A stretch of DNA of 32,000 nucleotides from Candidatus Nitrospira inopinata. GTDB taxonomy: Bacteria > Nitrospirota > Nitrospiria > Nitrospirales > Nitrospiraceae. The notes below the pieces were generated by a model. The model saw only the letters and a list, made by a program, of their open reading frames with translations. It searched no databases and had not been told where the DNA came from. The translations under genes were made by a program, and so were the position numbers. Shown piece after piece: positions 6,967 through 16,442 of the stretch (position 1 is its first letter; every line of letters starts with the position of its first letter). The stretch spans positions 3,180,001 to 3,212,000 of the forward strand of contig NZ_LN885086.1 in assembly GCF_001458695.1 (NCBI RefSeq). Direction: 5' to 3'.

Positions 6967-9144
6967 TCAAGACTTCTCCTGCCACGATCTCACGCGTCGC
7001 GCCGTAATCACGCCGTCCACCCGTTCGATGGCCCTTAAGACGCGGCTCAGATGAGCGGTGTCGGTAACCTCCACCACGAAATTCAACTCCGCCTTGCGGT
7101 CTTCGCGCGTGATGATTTCGGCTCGACTGATGTTGGCCTGACCTTCCGCAATGGCCGAGGAGACATTGGCCAACACACCGGGCTTGTCCTCGGTAATCAC
7201 GGCTACCTTTACGGGATGCTGAGCAGGTTCCGTGACATCCCATTCGACCTCCACCAACCGCTCTCGATCATAGTCCAGCGCGCCCAGATTCGGGCAATCG
7301 ACGGCATGGATCGTGAGACCGCGTCCTCTGGTGACGTAGCCGAGAATTTTATCGCCGGGAACGGGGTTGCAGCAGCGGGACAGTTGCATCAAGAGATCCC
7401 GCGCGCCTTTCACCTGAATCGCTTTCGCCCCGCCCCTGCTTTCTGGAAGTTTCACATGGGTCGGAGGCTCAGGAATCGCAACGCCCGAGATCGTCGGAGC
7501 CGCCAGTTTGCCGACGATCTGGGCCGCCGCCACGCGCCCGAACCCGACGGCCGTCGCCAACTCATCGACCGTTTCATACCCCTCGCGCCTTGCGGCCTCA
7601 AGCAGTTGATCCGACTTCAACATTTGAGCCGGAGCCAGTCCGTGGCGGCGGAATTCTGCTTCCAGCAACCGCCGTCCGATTTCCACGCTTCGTTTCTGCT
7701 CCTCGACCTTGATCCAATGTTTGATCTTGGTTTTGGCCCTCGACGTCCGGACGAACTTGAGCCAATCTTTGTGCGGAGTCTGGGTGGGAGACGTCAGAAT
7801 CTCGATGGTGTCGCCGCTTTCCAACTCGTGCCGCAGCGGCACGATCTTGCCGTTGATTTTGGCCCCGACGCAATGATCGCCCACTTCGGTGTGAATCGCA
7901 TAGGCGAAATCGATGGGCGTCGATCCCTTGGGCAATTCCTTCACGGCTCCCTTGGGCGTAAAGACGTAGATCACGTCATGGAACAATTCGAGCTTGACCG
8001 AATCCATAAACTGCCGATTGTCCGGCAAATCTTTTTGCCATTCGACGAACTGTCTCAACCATCCGAAGGTTTTGCTGTCTTTCTCGTCGATCCTCCCCTG
8101 CTCTTTGTACTTCCAATGGGCGGCGATCCCGTACTCCGCGACACGATGCATTTCCTCCGTGCGAATTTGAAATTCCACGTGCTCGCCCTTCGGCCCCACG
8201 ACGGTCGTATGGAGCGATTGATAGAGATTGGACTTGGGAATCGCGATGTAATCTTTGAATCGGCCCGGCAGCGGCCGCCAGAGAGAATGAATCACCCCGA
8301 GAAGCGCATAGCAGTTCATCTTCGAGTCGGTGATGATCCGCAGCGCGGTCAAATCGTACACCTCTTCGAACGAAATCGACTGTTTCTTCATCTTCTGGTA
8401 AATGCCGTAGAGATGTTTGGGGCGGCCGTAGACCGTTCCGACCAATCCGTTTTCCGCCATCGCCTTTTTGACGAGCTCGATGACTTCTTGAATATAGATC
8501 TGCCGATCCTCGTCCCGCTTCGCCACGCTGACGCGCAACGTCTCATAGACGTCCGGCTTCAGGTGCTTGAGACACAGGTCCTCGAGCTCGTTTTTGATCC
8601 ATCCGATCCCGATGCGATTGGCCAGCGGCGCGTAGATCTCCAGCGTTTCCTCGGCGATTTCCAGGCGTTTTTTTTCACTCAGATGCTCGAGCGTCCGCAT
8701 GTTGTGCAGTCGATCGGCCAGTTTGATGATCACGACGCGGATATCGTCCGCCATCGAGAGCACCATTTTGCGGAAGTTTTCGGCCTGCTTCTCCTCTGAA
8801 CTCCGAAACGTGATCTTCCCGATTTTAGTCACCCCTTCGACCAACCCCACCACGTCCTTGCCGAACAGCCGCTCCAGCTCCTCGGGCGTGGCGACGGTAT
8901 CTTCCAAGGTATCGTGCAGCAGGCCCGCGACCACCGTCGTCACGTCGGTCTTCAACAAGCTCAATATCCCCGCCACGGCCACCGGATGTTGTACGTACGG
9001 CTCGCCGGAGCGCCGCCTCTGACCTTCATGAGCCTTAGCGGAAAACTCGTAGGCCTTGCGGATCAGATCGAGATTCGCCTCCGGTTGATAATTCCGGACG
9101 CGCGCGATCACCTGATCGATATCCGTGACCGTTTCGTACACCAT
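6967..9144 (-). CDS. rel: Bifunctional (p)ppGpp synthetase/hydrolase (RelA/SpoT homologue)
   Basis: 725 aa. HD hydrolase motifs (HPVAVAGIL, LLHDTLEDT), a synthetase region (YRSLHTTV-like QSLHTTVVGP), a TGS region (VFTPKGAVKELPKGSTPIDFAY) and a C-terminal ACT-like region. Confidence 0.95.
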   Translation of the reverse strand: MVYETVTDIDQVIARVRNYQPEANLDLIRKAYEFSAKAHEGQRRRSGEPYVQHPVAVAGILSLLKTDVTTVVAGLLHDTLEDTVATPEELERLFGKDVVGLVEGVTKIGKITFRSSEEKQAENFRKMVLSMADDIRVVIIKLADRLHNMRTLEHLSEKKRLEIAEETLEIYAPLANRIGIGWIKNELEDLCLKHLKPDVYETLRVSVAKRDEDRQIYIQEVIELVKKAMAENGLVGTVYGRPKHLYGIYQKMKKQSISFEEVYDLTALRIITDSKMNCYALLGVIHSLWRPLPGRFKDYIAIPKSNLYQSLHTTVVGPKGEHVEFQIRTEEMHRVAEYGIAAHWKYKEQGRIDEKDSKTFGWLRQFVEWQKDLPDNRQFMDSVKLELFHDVIYVFTPKGAVKELPKGSTPIDFAYAIHTEVGDHCVGAKINGKIVPLRHELESGDTIEILTSPTQTPHKDWLKFVRTSRAKTKIKHWIKVEEQKRSVEIGRRLLEAEFRRHGLAPAQMLKSDQLLEAARREGYETVDELATAVGFGRVAAAQIVGKLAAPTISGVAIPEPPTHVKLPESRGGAKAIQVKGARDLLMQLSRCCNPVPGDKILGYVTRGRGLTIHAVDCPNLGALDYDRERLVEVEWDVTEPAQHPVKVAVITEDKPGVLANVSSAIAEGQANISRAEIITREDRKAELNFVVEVTDTAHLSRVLRAIERVDGVITARRVRSWQEKS

Positions 9145-9150
9145 GGCGCG

Positions 9151-10866
9151 CTATGCTCCATCCGACGGCCGTATATCGCGGATCCGCAACTGAATCCGGT
9201 CATACCCGTTCCAGCGATTCAACTCCGGCGTGAACGCCACGTCCACAAGATCTCTCAGAGACACCCCCTGAGTTTCCAGAGATTTCATCCCAAAGCCGAT
9301 TCCATCAAAAGGCGGCGATCCCTCCTGGCGTAGCGTCATCTTCAGATGTTTCTCTCCCACCACCCGAGCGTTTGTGATTTCGAGCCGTCTTCCCGCGAAC
9401 ATCGGTTCGGGATTGCCGGCCCCGAACGGATGCAACGAACCGATCTCTTGGAGTAACCGATAGGTCACCTCGTTCAACCGCACCTCGGAGTCGAGATGCA
9501 GCGTCGGGACACGGCGCGCGGCTTGCGCCCACCGGCCCGCGACCGCCGCAAAGCGTCCGGCGAATTCGGACAATCGGCTCTCATGCACCGTCACTCCCGC
9601 CGCGCTGGGGTGTCCGCCGAACGCCAGGAGCAGGTCACGGCAAGAAGCCAACCCTTGATACAGATCGAATCCGGGGATGGTGCGGGCCGATCCCTTGCCG
9701 ATCCCCCGCCCATCGAGAGCGATCACCACGGCCGGCCTATGAAACCGTTCCACGAGACGAGACGCAACGATGCCCACCACCCCCATGTGCCATTCCCGAG
9801 AAGCCACGACGATCGCATCAGGCAGCTCACCCGCTTCCACCGCGGCCGTCGCGTCCCGCATGATCTCGGACTCCAGCCTCTGGCGGAGTCGATTCAATTG
9901 ATCAAGCTCCTCGGCCAACCGCTTCGCCTCCGCTTCGGACTCCGTGGTCAGCAGCCGAACCCCCTTCAGGCCTTCATCCAACCGTCCGGCCGCATTCAAT
10001 CTCGGCGCCAGTTTGAACGCGATCGCATCCGCCGTGCAGTCGTTCGCCAGACCGGACACCAGCTTCAAGGCTCGGATTCCGCAGCGCGCCCCACGGGACA
10101 GTTGTGCCAATCCCTCGCGCACAAAGACGCGATTCTCGTCCTGCAGCGGAACGACGTCGGCGATGGTCGAAAGCGCCACCAAGTCCAGAAGCGCGTCCGT
10201 CGGCACCTCCCCGCTTCCGTGACGGGCTTCGTACGCGCACGCCACCTTGTAGGCCAACCCGCCCGAACACAATCCGTGAAACGGATACCGCGCGTCGCGA
10301 CGATGGGGGTTCATCACCGCCACGGCGGGAGGCAACTCCCCGTCCGTCTGATGATGATCCGTCACAATAACGTCGAGCCCCAATTGATTCGCCAACGCGA
10401 TTTCACGATGCGATGTCGTGCCACAGTCCGACGTCACGAGCAACGTCACCCCTTCACTCGCCAACCGGCGCACCGCCCCCTCATTGAGACCATAGCCTTC
10501 CCGAATGCGATGAGGCACATAAGCAGAGACATTGGCCCCAAGCCCTTGAAAAAACGAGAGATAAATTCCTGTTGCCGACATGCCGTCGACGTCGTAATCA
10601 CCATAAAAACACACCCGCTCGCCGTTGACCATGGCCTGATGAAGGCGATCAACGGCTCTATCCATGTCCGGAATCAAAAAGGGATCATGGACGATGCCGG
10701 GAGACATCCAGGCGGCGGCCTCGTCCAACGTCGTGACGCCTCGAGCCAACAACAGCGAAGCCGTCGCCGAGGAAATTGCCAGAGCCTGGGCCAAGGCCTC
10801 CCGGCGGGTGAGGTCAATATCGCGAAAGACCCAGAGTTTGGACCCCATGCACGCCTCGCCTCTCAC
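9151..10866 (-). CDS. recJ: Single-stranded-DNA-specific exonuclease RecJ
   Basis: 571 aa. DHH-family motifs (FYGDYDVDGMS, LLVTSDCGT, VIVTDHH) and a DHHA1 region (FGGHPSAAG). An ATG at 10848 (MGSKLWVF) is an alternative start. The stop lies 6 nt before rel. Confidence 0.93.
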   Translation of the reverse strand: MRGEACMGSKLWVFRDIDLTRREALAQALAISSATASLLLARGVTTLDEAAAWMSPGIVHDPFLIPDMDRAVDRLHQAMVNGERVCFYGDYDVDGMSATGIYLSFFQGLGANVSAYVPHRIREGYGLNEGAVRRLASEGVTLLVTSDCGTTSHREIALANQLGLDVIVTDHHQTDGELPPAVAVMNPHRRDARYPFHGLCSGGLAYKVACAYEARHGSGEVPTDALLDLVALSTIADVVPLQDENRVFVREGLAQLSRGARCGIRALKLVSGLANDCTADAIAFKLAPRLNAAGRLDEGLKGVRLLTTESEAEAKRLAEELDQLNRLRQRLESEIMRDATAAVEAGELPDAIVVASREWHMGVVGIVASRLVERFHRPAVVIALDGRGIGKGSARTIPGFDLYQGLASCRDLLLAFGGHPSAAGVTVHESRLSEFAGRFAAVAGRWAQAARRVPTLHLDSEVRLNEVTYRLLQEIGSLHPFGAGNPEPMFAGRRLEITNARVVGEKHLKMTLRQEGSPPFDGIGFGMKSLETQGVSLRDLVDVAFTPELNRWNGYDRIQLRIRDIRPSDGA

Positions 10867-11066
10867 CGTACCGTGTCACGCAGAGAAGACTCCGCGTCCG
10901 CATTCCAAACGAGCGGGAACAAGGGGATCGTAATGACTCCCCCTCCCTTTGTCAAACCGACATGCCGATGCAACTGTTTGCAAATGTTTGATGAACCGGA
11001 AGAAATTTGGAGATTATGGAACAGGAAAGAAGCGCGGCAAGGCGAGAAATCGACACCGGATGGCAA

Positions 11067-11088
11067 GAAGGGGAAATGGAACCCCTTC
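11067..11088 (-). terminator. Weak hairpin just after the pup stop codon
   Basis: GAAGGGG (11067-11073) pairs with CCCCTTC (11082-11088) around an 8-nt loop, 6 nt downstream of the pup stop on the minus strand. Only TT follows it, so it is not a canonical intrinsic terminator. Confidence 0.3.
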
Positions 11089-11093
11089 GGGTA

Positions 11094-11291
11094 CTATTCC
11101 CCTCCTTTTTGAACGTAGTTCTTCACGAATTCTTCCGCGTTCTTCTCAAGCACATCGTCGATTTCATCGACGAGCTTGTCGATGTCTTCTTTAAGCTTTT
11201 TCCCCGTCTCAATGACCTTGGGATTCGCTTTGACTTCTTCCTTGGCCTGGGGCTCGCGCTTGGGTTCTTGCTTACGCTCTTGTTTTTCCAT
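11094..11291 (-). CDS. pup: Prokaryotic ubiquitin-like protein Pup (C-terminal GGE)
   Basis: 65 aa, disordered and charged. The C-terminal half DIDKLVDEIDDVLEKNAEEFVKNYVQKGGE matches the conserved Pup helix and the GG[QE] terminus. I checked the ending against the DNA: cag aaa gga ggg gaa tag. GGAGGTG Shine-Dalgarno lies about 7 nt upstream of the ATG. Confidence 0.85.
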   Translation of the reverse strand: MEKQERKQEPKREPQAKEEVKANPKVIETGKKLKEDIDKLVDEIDDVLEKNAEEFVKNYVQKGGE

Positions 11292-11416
11292 TCGAGCACC
11301 TCCGCGGAGAAACCGACCCGGCTGATTCTCTCACACCGGCCTCTGGTGTCACCTTACTCCAGGACCGGCACCCCGTCAAGCTCACGGACGAACCGTCTCT
11401 CTCTTGCCCGTGCGCA

Positions 11417-11520
11417 TCGCGAAGCGTCGTTCGTCTTTCGTGCGCCGAGACCGTCGTCTCAAGTTTCCCGCTTCCATTCAACATGGAACTCGAACGCATG
11501 AGACGAACGCCGCTTCGCGA
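11417..11520. repeat. Nested inverted repeats in a 104-nt element (potential three-way-junction RNA) between hppA and pup
   Basis: Outer arms TCGCGAAGCGTCGTTCGTCT (11417-11436) and AGACGAACGCCGCTTCGCGA (11501-11520) are complementary at 19 of 20 positions. Two inner hairpins lie between them: GAGAC-cgtc-GTCTC (11447-11460) and TTCCAT-tcaac-ATGGAA (11472-11488). Confidence 0.5.
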
Positions 11521-11541
11521 CGGGCGAGAGACGACCGCGGG

Positions 11542-13599
11542 CTATCGAACGATCAAGGAGACGATCAAGAGCGCGACGATGTTGATCACCTTGATCATGG
11601 GATTGACCGCCGGTCCAGCCGTGTCCTTGTACGGATCACCGACCGTGTCGCCGGTGACGGCCGCTTTATGCGTGTCGGTTCCCTTCAATCCCTGCTCCTC
11701 GATGAACTTTTTGGCGTTGTCCCAGGCGCCGCCGCCGCTGGTCATGGAAATGGCCACGAACAGCCCCGTCACGATGCTTCCGACCAGGACCCCTCCCAAG
11801 GCTTGAGGGCCGAGAATCAATCCCACCAGGATCGGCGACAAGACGGGGATCAATCCCGGAATCATCATCTTCTGAATGGCCGCCTGCGTGACGATGTCCA
11901 CACAGGTGCCATACTCCGGCTTGCCGGTCCCTTCCATAATGCCCTTGATCGTTCGGAATTGCCGGCGCACCTCTTCCACGATCAACCCGCCGGCCTGCCC
12001 GACCGCTTTCATACAGAGCGCCCCGAAAATGTACGGCAACATGCCGCCGATGAACAACCCGACCAAGACGTTGGGATTCGAAAGATCGAACGCGGTCATC
12101 GCGGAATTATGCGCCGTCACCTCGCGCGCGTACTCGGCGAACAGAACTACGGCCGCCAACCCCGCGGAGCCGATCGCGTACCCCTTGGTCACGGCCTTGG
12201 TCGTGTTCCCGACCGCGTCGAGCGGATCGGTAATGTCACGGACCGCTTTCCCCAAGTGCGACATTTCGGCAATGCCGCCCGCGTTGTCGGTAATCGGTCC
12301 GAACGCATCGATCGCCACCACAATGCCCGCCATCGACAACATGGAGACCGCCGCCACCGCCACGCCGTACAAGCCGCCGGACTCCCCTCCGCCGCAGATC
12401 CAGTAGCTCCCCAAAATGGCCGCCGCGATGATGACGACCGGCGCCGCCGTCGATTGCATGCCGACCGCCAATCCCGCGATGATGTTCGTCGCGTGGCCGG
12501 TTTCACTGGCCTTGGCGATGTACTTGACCGGCTCGTAACTTTTCGACGTGTAGTAGTCGGTGATGAAGACCAACGCCAGCGTCACGATCAACCCGAGCAA
12601 CGCCGCCACGTAGTAGCTGACGCCGCTCGTTCCGCCGACGCCGTCCATGATTTGCGACGTGATCGGGAAGAACGCCACGGCCGCGATACCTCCCGCCACA
12701 AAAAGCCCCTTGTACAAAGCCGGCATGATGTCGCCGCCGGGGCTGACCTTGACGAAGAGAATCCCGATGATGGTCGCGAAGATCGTGACGCCGCCCAACG
12801 CCAACGGATACAAAATCGGCGCGGTGGCCCCCTTGAACATGGTAAAGGCCAAGACCATCGCCGCCACCGTCGTGACCGCGTAGGTCTCGAACAGGTCCGC
12901 CGCCATGCCGGCGCAGTCGCCGACGTTGTCGCCGACGTTGTCCGCGATCACCGCCGGATTGCGCGGGTCGTCTTCCGGAATGCCGGCTTCCACTTTACCG
13001 ACCAGATCCGCTCCGACATCCGCCGCCTTGGTGTAGATACCGCCGCCGACTCGGGCGAACACGGAAATCAAACTGCCGCCGAATCCCAGACTCAGCAGAG
13101 CATGGATGGCTTTCTCTTGTCCCGCGATCGATTGCGCGATCGTATAAAAGCCGGTGATCGCCAACAAGCCCAGGCCGATCAACAACAGCCCGGTAACGGC
13201 CCCTCCCCGAAACGCGACCGTTAACGCGGCGTTTAATCCGTCGTGAGCCGCCTGCGCCGTCCTTACGTTCGCTCGAACGGCGATGATCATGCCCACGTAG
13301 CCGGCAATGGCCGATGCGCCGGCCCCCACCAAAAACCCGACCGCCGTCAGCAAGCCGAATTTGTCGGACACCGCCCCCGCCGCCGCCAACACGACAAAGA
13401 GCACGGTCGCGACGACGCCGATGGTCTTATATTGCCGGTTCATGTAGGCGCCGGCTCCTTCCTGAATCGCCTTGGCAATCTCCTGCATCTTGGCGTTGCC
13501 GGCATCCAGTTTGAACACCCACATGGCCAGATACAGGCCGTAGCCGATCCCGGCCACTGCGGCAATCAATGCAAACGTCACAATTGCTGAATCACTCAC
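11542..13599 (-). CDS. hppA: K+-independent proton-translocating membrane pyrophosphatase
   Basis: 685 aa and polytopic. Typical H+-PPase motifs are present ([55 protein letters not shown]). [16 protein letters not shown] carries the Lys that marks K+-independent enzymes. GTG start, with GGAGGA (comp 13606-13611) 6 nt upstream. Confidence 0.95.
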   Translation of the reverse strand: MSDSAIVTFALIAAVAGIGYGLYLAMWVFKLDAGNAKMQEIAKAIQEGAGAYMNRQYKTIGVVATVLFVVLAAAGAVSDKFGLLTAVGFLVGAGASAIAGYVGMIIAVRANVRTAQAAHDGLNAALTVAFRGGAVTGLLLIGLGLLAITGFYTIAQSIAGQEKAIHALLSLGFGGSLISVFARVGGGIYTKAADVGADLVGKVEAGIPEDDPRNPAVIADNVGDNVGDCAGMAADLFETYAVTTVAAMVLAFTMFKGATAPILYPLALGGVTIFATIIGILFVKVSPGGDIMPALYKGLFVAGGIAAVAFFPITSQIMDGVGGTSGVSYYVAALLGLIVTLALVFITDYYTSKSYEPVKYIAKASETGHATNIIAGLAVGMQSTAAPVVIIAAAILGSYWICGGGESGGLYGVAVAAVSMLSMAGIVVAIDAFGPITDNAGGIAEMSHLGKAVRDITDPLDAVGNTTKAVTKGYAIGSAGLAAVVLFAEYAREVTAHNSAMTAFDLSNPNVLVGLFIGGMLPYIFGALCMKAVGQAGGLIVEEVRRQFRTIKGIMEGTGKPEYGTCVDIVTQAAIQKMMIPGLIPVLSPILVGLILGPQALGGVLVGSIVTGLFVAISMTSGGGAWDNAKKFIEEQGLKGTDTHKAAVTGDTVGDPYKDTAGPAVNPMIKVINIVALLIVSLIVR

Positions 13600-13974
13600 G
13601 GGATTTCCTCCTGGTGGATAAACATGCCTCTTATGTCACACGGCTCCCCTGGCTTCAACCCATCGAAAGTACATAAAGCGAGGGGGGAAACCGTCGGACC
13701 AATCGCAGGAGCAGCGAGAGGCTAACTGCCTGAAAAGCCGCGGTATTGTATACAGCTCACGGAGACGGTGCAAGCCAAAGTTTGCTCGGCCGCGTCTGAT
13801 AGTCGTGGTTCGAGTTCACTGATCAGATCTGATTTGGCGTGGGGCTACGCTGAAAAACTCTCGAAACGTCCCGGCGCTCCGGCATGCGGCCGCAACTGCT
13901 CATCCGCGACCACAACGTCCGGTTTACGTCGCATGCCGACTTTGCTATCATGCACACGGCTTAGGAAGAACTCG

Positions 13975-14229
13975 ATGGGATTGGAACCGAACTATATCGT
14001 GATCGACGGGCAGACGTTCAGCAAAGCGAAGCTCGCGTTGGATAATCACGTCTACAAGAATTGCCAGATCGACGACTGCGACCTGTACTACAGCGGCGGC
14101 CAGTACGAACTGCTGGACACCCACATCACCAACTCTCGTCTGATCCTGAATCACCCGGCCAAGGGCATCTACAGTGCGCTCCAGATTTTTAAAATGAAAT
14201 CGCCCGGCTCCCGCATCATCTTCGAATAA
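13975..14229 (+). CDS. Hypothetical small protein (84 aa)
   Basis: ATG at 13975, preceded by AGGAAG (13963-13968). The upstream part of the 153-aa track ORF is Ser/Arg-rich and probably non-coding. No family recognised. Confidence 0.4.
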   Translation: MGLEPNYIVIDGQTFSKAKLALDNHVYKNCQIDDCDLYYSGGQYELLDTHITNSRLILNHPAKGIYSALQIFKMKSPGSRIIFE

Positions 14230-14246
14230 CCCTCCGCAACGGCTTT

Positions 14247-14930
14247 GTGTCCTACACCTACGACTACACCGGAAAGCCAACGGACGAGGGCATCGTCCGG
14301 CTGTACTGGCGTTTCCTGAAAATGCGGCTCACCCGCTGTCTGCGAAACAAAACCTTCCGCTTCGACGGCAGGAAATACGAGTATCTCTATCACCCCTATA
14401 ACAGGACCTGGAAAAACGAACGCGGCGTCGAAATCCCGATTTTTCGAGAGATTCTTGTACGCCATCACGGCACACGGATTCTCGAGGTCGGCAACGTCCT
14501 CTCTCACTATTTCCCCGTTCAGCATGACATCGTCGATAAATACGAAGTCAGCCCAGGCGTGATCAATCAGGACATCATCGAGTTCGTCCCTCATGAGAAA
14601 TACGACCTGATCGTCAGCATTTCGACGTTGGAGCATGTCGGGTGGGACGAACAGCCACAGGACCCTCCCAAGCTCCTCCGGGCGATCGAGCACATGCGAT
14701 CCACCTGTCTCGCCCCCGGCGGCATGCTCGTCGCCAGCCTGCCGATCGGCTACAACCGCTTCTTTGACGACTTGGTGGACAGAGGCAAGAGTCCGTTTAC
14801 CACGCACCACTTCCTGAGACGGATTTCAACGCGGAATTATTGGGTGGAGGCCGATTGGGACCAAATCCGCGGCGCACCCTACGGACGCTTCGTCGCCCAT
14901 GCCATCTGTATCGGGATCATCCGTGGGTGA
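14247..14930 (+). CDS. Class I SAM-methyltransferase-like protein with a degenerate motif I
   Basis: RILEVGNVLSHY sits where motif I (E/DxGxGxG) would be. DLIVSISTLEHVG and PGGMLVASLP resemble the post-II/III motifs of Methyltransf_11/23-type folds. GTG start at 14247; an ATG at 14322 is an alternative. Confidence 0.55.
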   Translation: MSYTYDYTGKPTDEGIVRLYWRFLKMRLTRCLRNKTFRFDGRKYEYLYHPYNRTWKNERGVEIPIFREILVRHHGTRILEVGNVLSHYFPVQHDIVDKYEVSPGVINQDIIEFVPHEKYDLIVSISTLEHVGWDEQPQDPPKLLRAIEHMRSTCLAPGGMLVASLPIGYNRFFDDLVDRGKSPFTTHHFLRRISTRNYWVEADWDQIRGAPYGRFVAHAICIGIIRG

Positions 14931-15062
14931 GGGAGCGGCCATCGCATGGGTGACTTCCTTCCATAAAGCGGTGCCATCGCCGCGCTCGAATTTCGACGGC
15001 GTCCGCTCGTGCCGGAACGTCCGGCTCAAAGGCGTTCGACGTTTCAGACGAAGCAAAACCGG

Positions 15063-16349
15063 TTACTTGCCGACCGGCACGTTCTCCGTTCGCTTGACGA
15101 TCTCGATCGGTTGGAAGACAGGGTCCTGGGAGCCTTTGGAGGATTCAGCTTCGACCCTTTCAAGAAAGGAGGCCGGTCCCGTAATCGGCCCGTAATTCAA
15201 GGTGACTTCGACGTCAAAGGTGCGGGTGTCTTTCGGCGTCGGGAAGGAAAAGGTTTCGACTCGCATCTCTTCGGGTTTCAGCACCGTATCGTCCAGGACT
15301 TTCACCGCTTCAAAATCGAACACGGTCTTATCCCCCTTGGCGTTCAGGTAGGTTCTCCCATAGGTCCTGCTGTCCGCAAAGACCGTCTTGAGATTCTTGC
15401 CTTTGACTTCAAGGTTCAACATGACGGTGGCCCATCCAGGATGAGTGGTCGGCAAATTGTGCGGCACCAAACTTTGCACGGTCACCCTGACCGTTGTCTT
15501 CTCTCCCTCAACCTGCGTGTACACGTCCAACTTGGCCGCTTCCTGGCGCAGCTTGCCGATGCGGCCCGGGAACGTATGGTTGGCCACCTTGCGCTTTTTC
15601 TCCCCGTTGGCCGATTCGCCGACCTGTTCGGGCATGTGACAATACTGGCATTCCCTCCCGACCTTCACCGCCCGGCTCTTATCCCAGTCGCCCAGCAAGT
15701 CGTTGGCCTTTCCGAGATTGACCGCGGACGGCACCGATTGGTGGCAGTTGAGACAGAGATCGGACTTCTGAAACACGTCCGCCTCTTTCGATTGGTGGGC
15801 CAGGTTTTGGACGGCGTCTTTGTAGGGGCCGTATAAGATCTTGCTGTCGGTCTCATAGTTCGGCTCCGGCGGATGTTTCGTGCGATCCACCTGTTTGATC
15901 AAATGACACTGTGAGCAAGCGACTCCGTCGAGCGACGGGTCGCCGGACATGGTTTGATCGATAAACAATGGAACGTGATCCGGAGCCGCACGGACGTGCG
16001 GGGCATGGCACCGGAAGCAAAGACTTTTGTCTTTACCGCCGGGCGACTTGAGAAACAGATCGAGAGAGGCGCGGAACGCGGGGGAATGAATGGACTTTGA
16101 GAGGGGCGACAGTTCCCATTCCTCGAACACCCGCTCATGGCACCGTTTGCACTTGTTTGAATGGGGGAAGGCCTTTTCGACGATCGCCTGCGGCCTGGGG
16201 TCCTGCGAAGCTCCTTCAGGCACCCAGCCGGCAAGAGCACAGAACCAAACGGTCAACGCGACGATCGACGCGACGGGTCGATAGCCGGACCCGGTACGGC
16301 CATCCATTATCTTAACGACCTTGTTTTCCAAACGGCGTTCGGGGGTCAT
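15063..16349 (-). CDS. Pentahaem c-type cytochrome with a non-haem C-terminal domain
   Basis: Five CxxCH motifs: CKRCH, CFRCH, CSQCH, CLNCH, CQYCH. N-terminal hydrophobic anchor or signal (PVASIVALTVWFCALAGWV). About 170 C-terminal residues have no Cys or His motifs and look beta-rich. Paralogue of the next gene. Confidence 0.85.
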   Translation of the reverse strand: MTPERRLENKVVKIMDGRTGSGYRPVASIVALTVWFCALAGWVPEGASQDPRPQAIVEKAFPHSNKCKRCHERVFEEWELSPLSKSIHSPAFRASLDLFLKSPGGKDKSLCFRCHAPHVRAAPDHVPLFIDQTMSGDPSLDGVACSQCHLIKQVDRTKHPPEPNYETDSKILYGPYKDAVQNLAHQSKEADVFQKSDLCLNCHQSVPSAVNLGKANDLLGDWDKSRAVKVGRECQYCHMPEQVGESANGEKKRKVANHTFPGRIGKLRQEAAKLDVYTQVEGEKTTVRVTVQSLVPHNLPTTHPGWATVMLNLEVKGKNLKTVFADSRTYGRTYLNAKGDKTVFDFEAVKVLDDTVLKPEEMRVETFSFPTPKDTRTFDVEVTLNYGPITGPASFLERVEAESSKGSQDPVFQPIEIVKRTENVPVGK

Positions 16350-16442
16350 CGTCCCGCAACCGGTTTATCGTCACGCATGACCTCCCCCCTCATTCCATTC
16401 GTTCTCGTCATGATCGGCTTGATCGATTGCGTTTCGTCCTGA

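Noticed and set aside
6955-6968. A perfect 14-bp palindrome, GACGGCATGCCGTC, near the rel stop
   Set aside because: It has no loop and no T tract, and it overlaps the stop codon. It is not a credible terminator or a known operator.
7051-13224. Long plus-strand ORFs 7051..8799 (582 aa), 9496..11112 (538 aa) and 11404..13224 (606 aa)
   Set aside because: They are antisense to rel, recJ and hppA, which all carry unambiguous family motifs. Their translations are Arg/His/Asp/Pro-rich and repetitive.
13807-13814. A GGTTCGAG T-loop-like motif in the hppA upstream region, a possible tRNA
   Set aside because: The flanking sequence cannot form T, anticodon, D or acceptor stems. No cloverleaf could be drawn by hand.
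16138-16151. A sigma-54-like TGGCAC...TGC string
   Set aside because: The GG-to-GC spacing is 10 nt rather than the 12 nt of the -24/-12 consensus. It also lies on the plus strand inside the minus-strand cytochrome gene.
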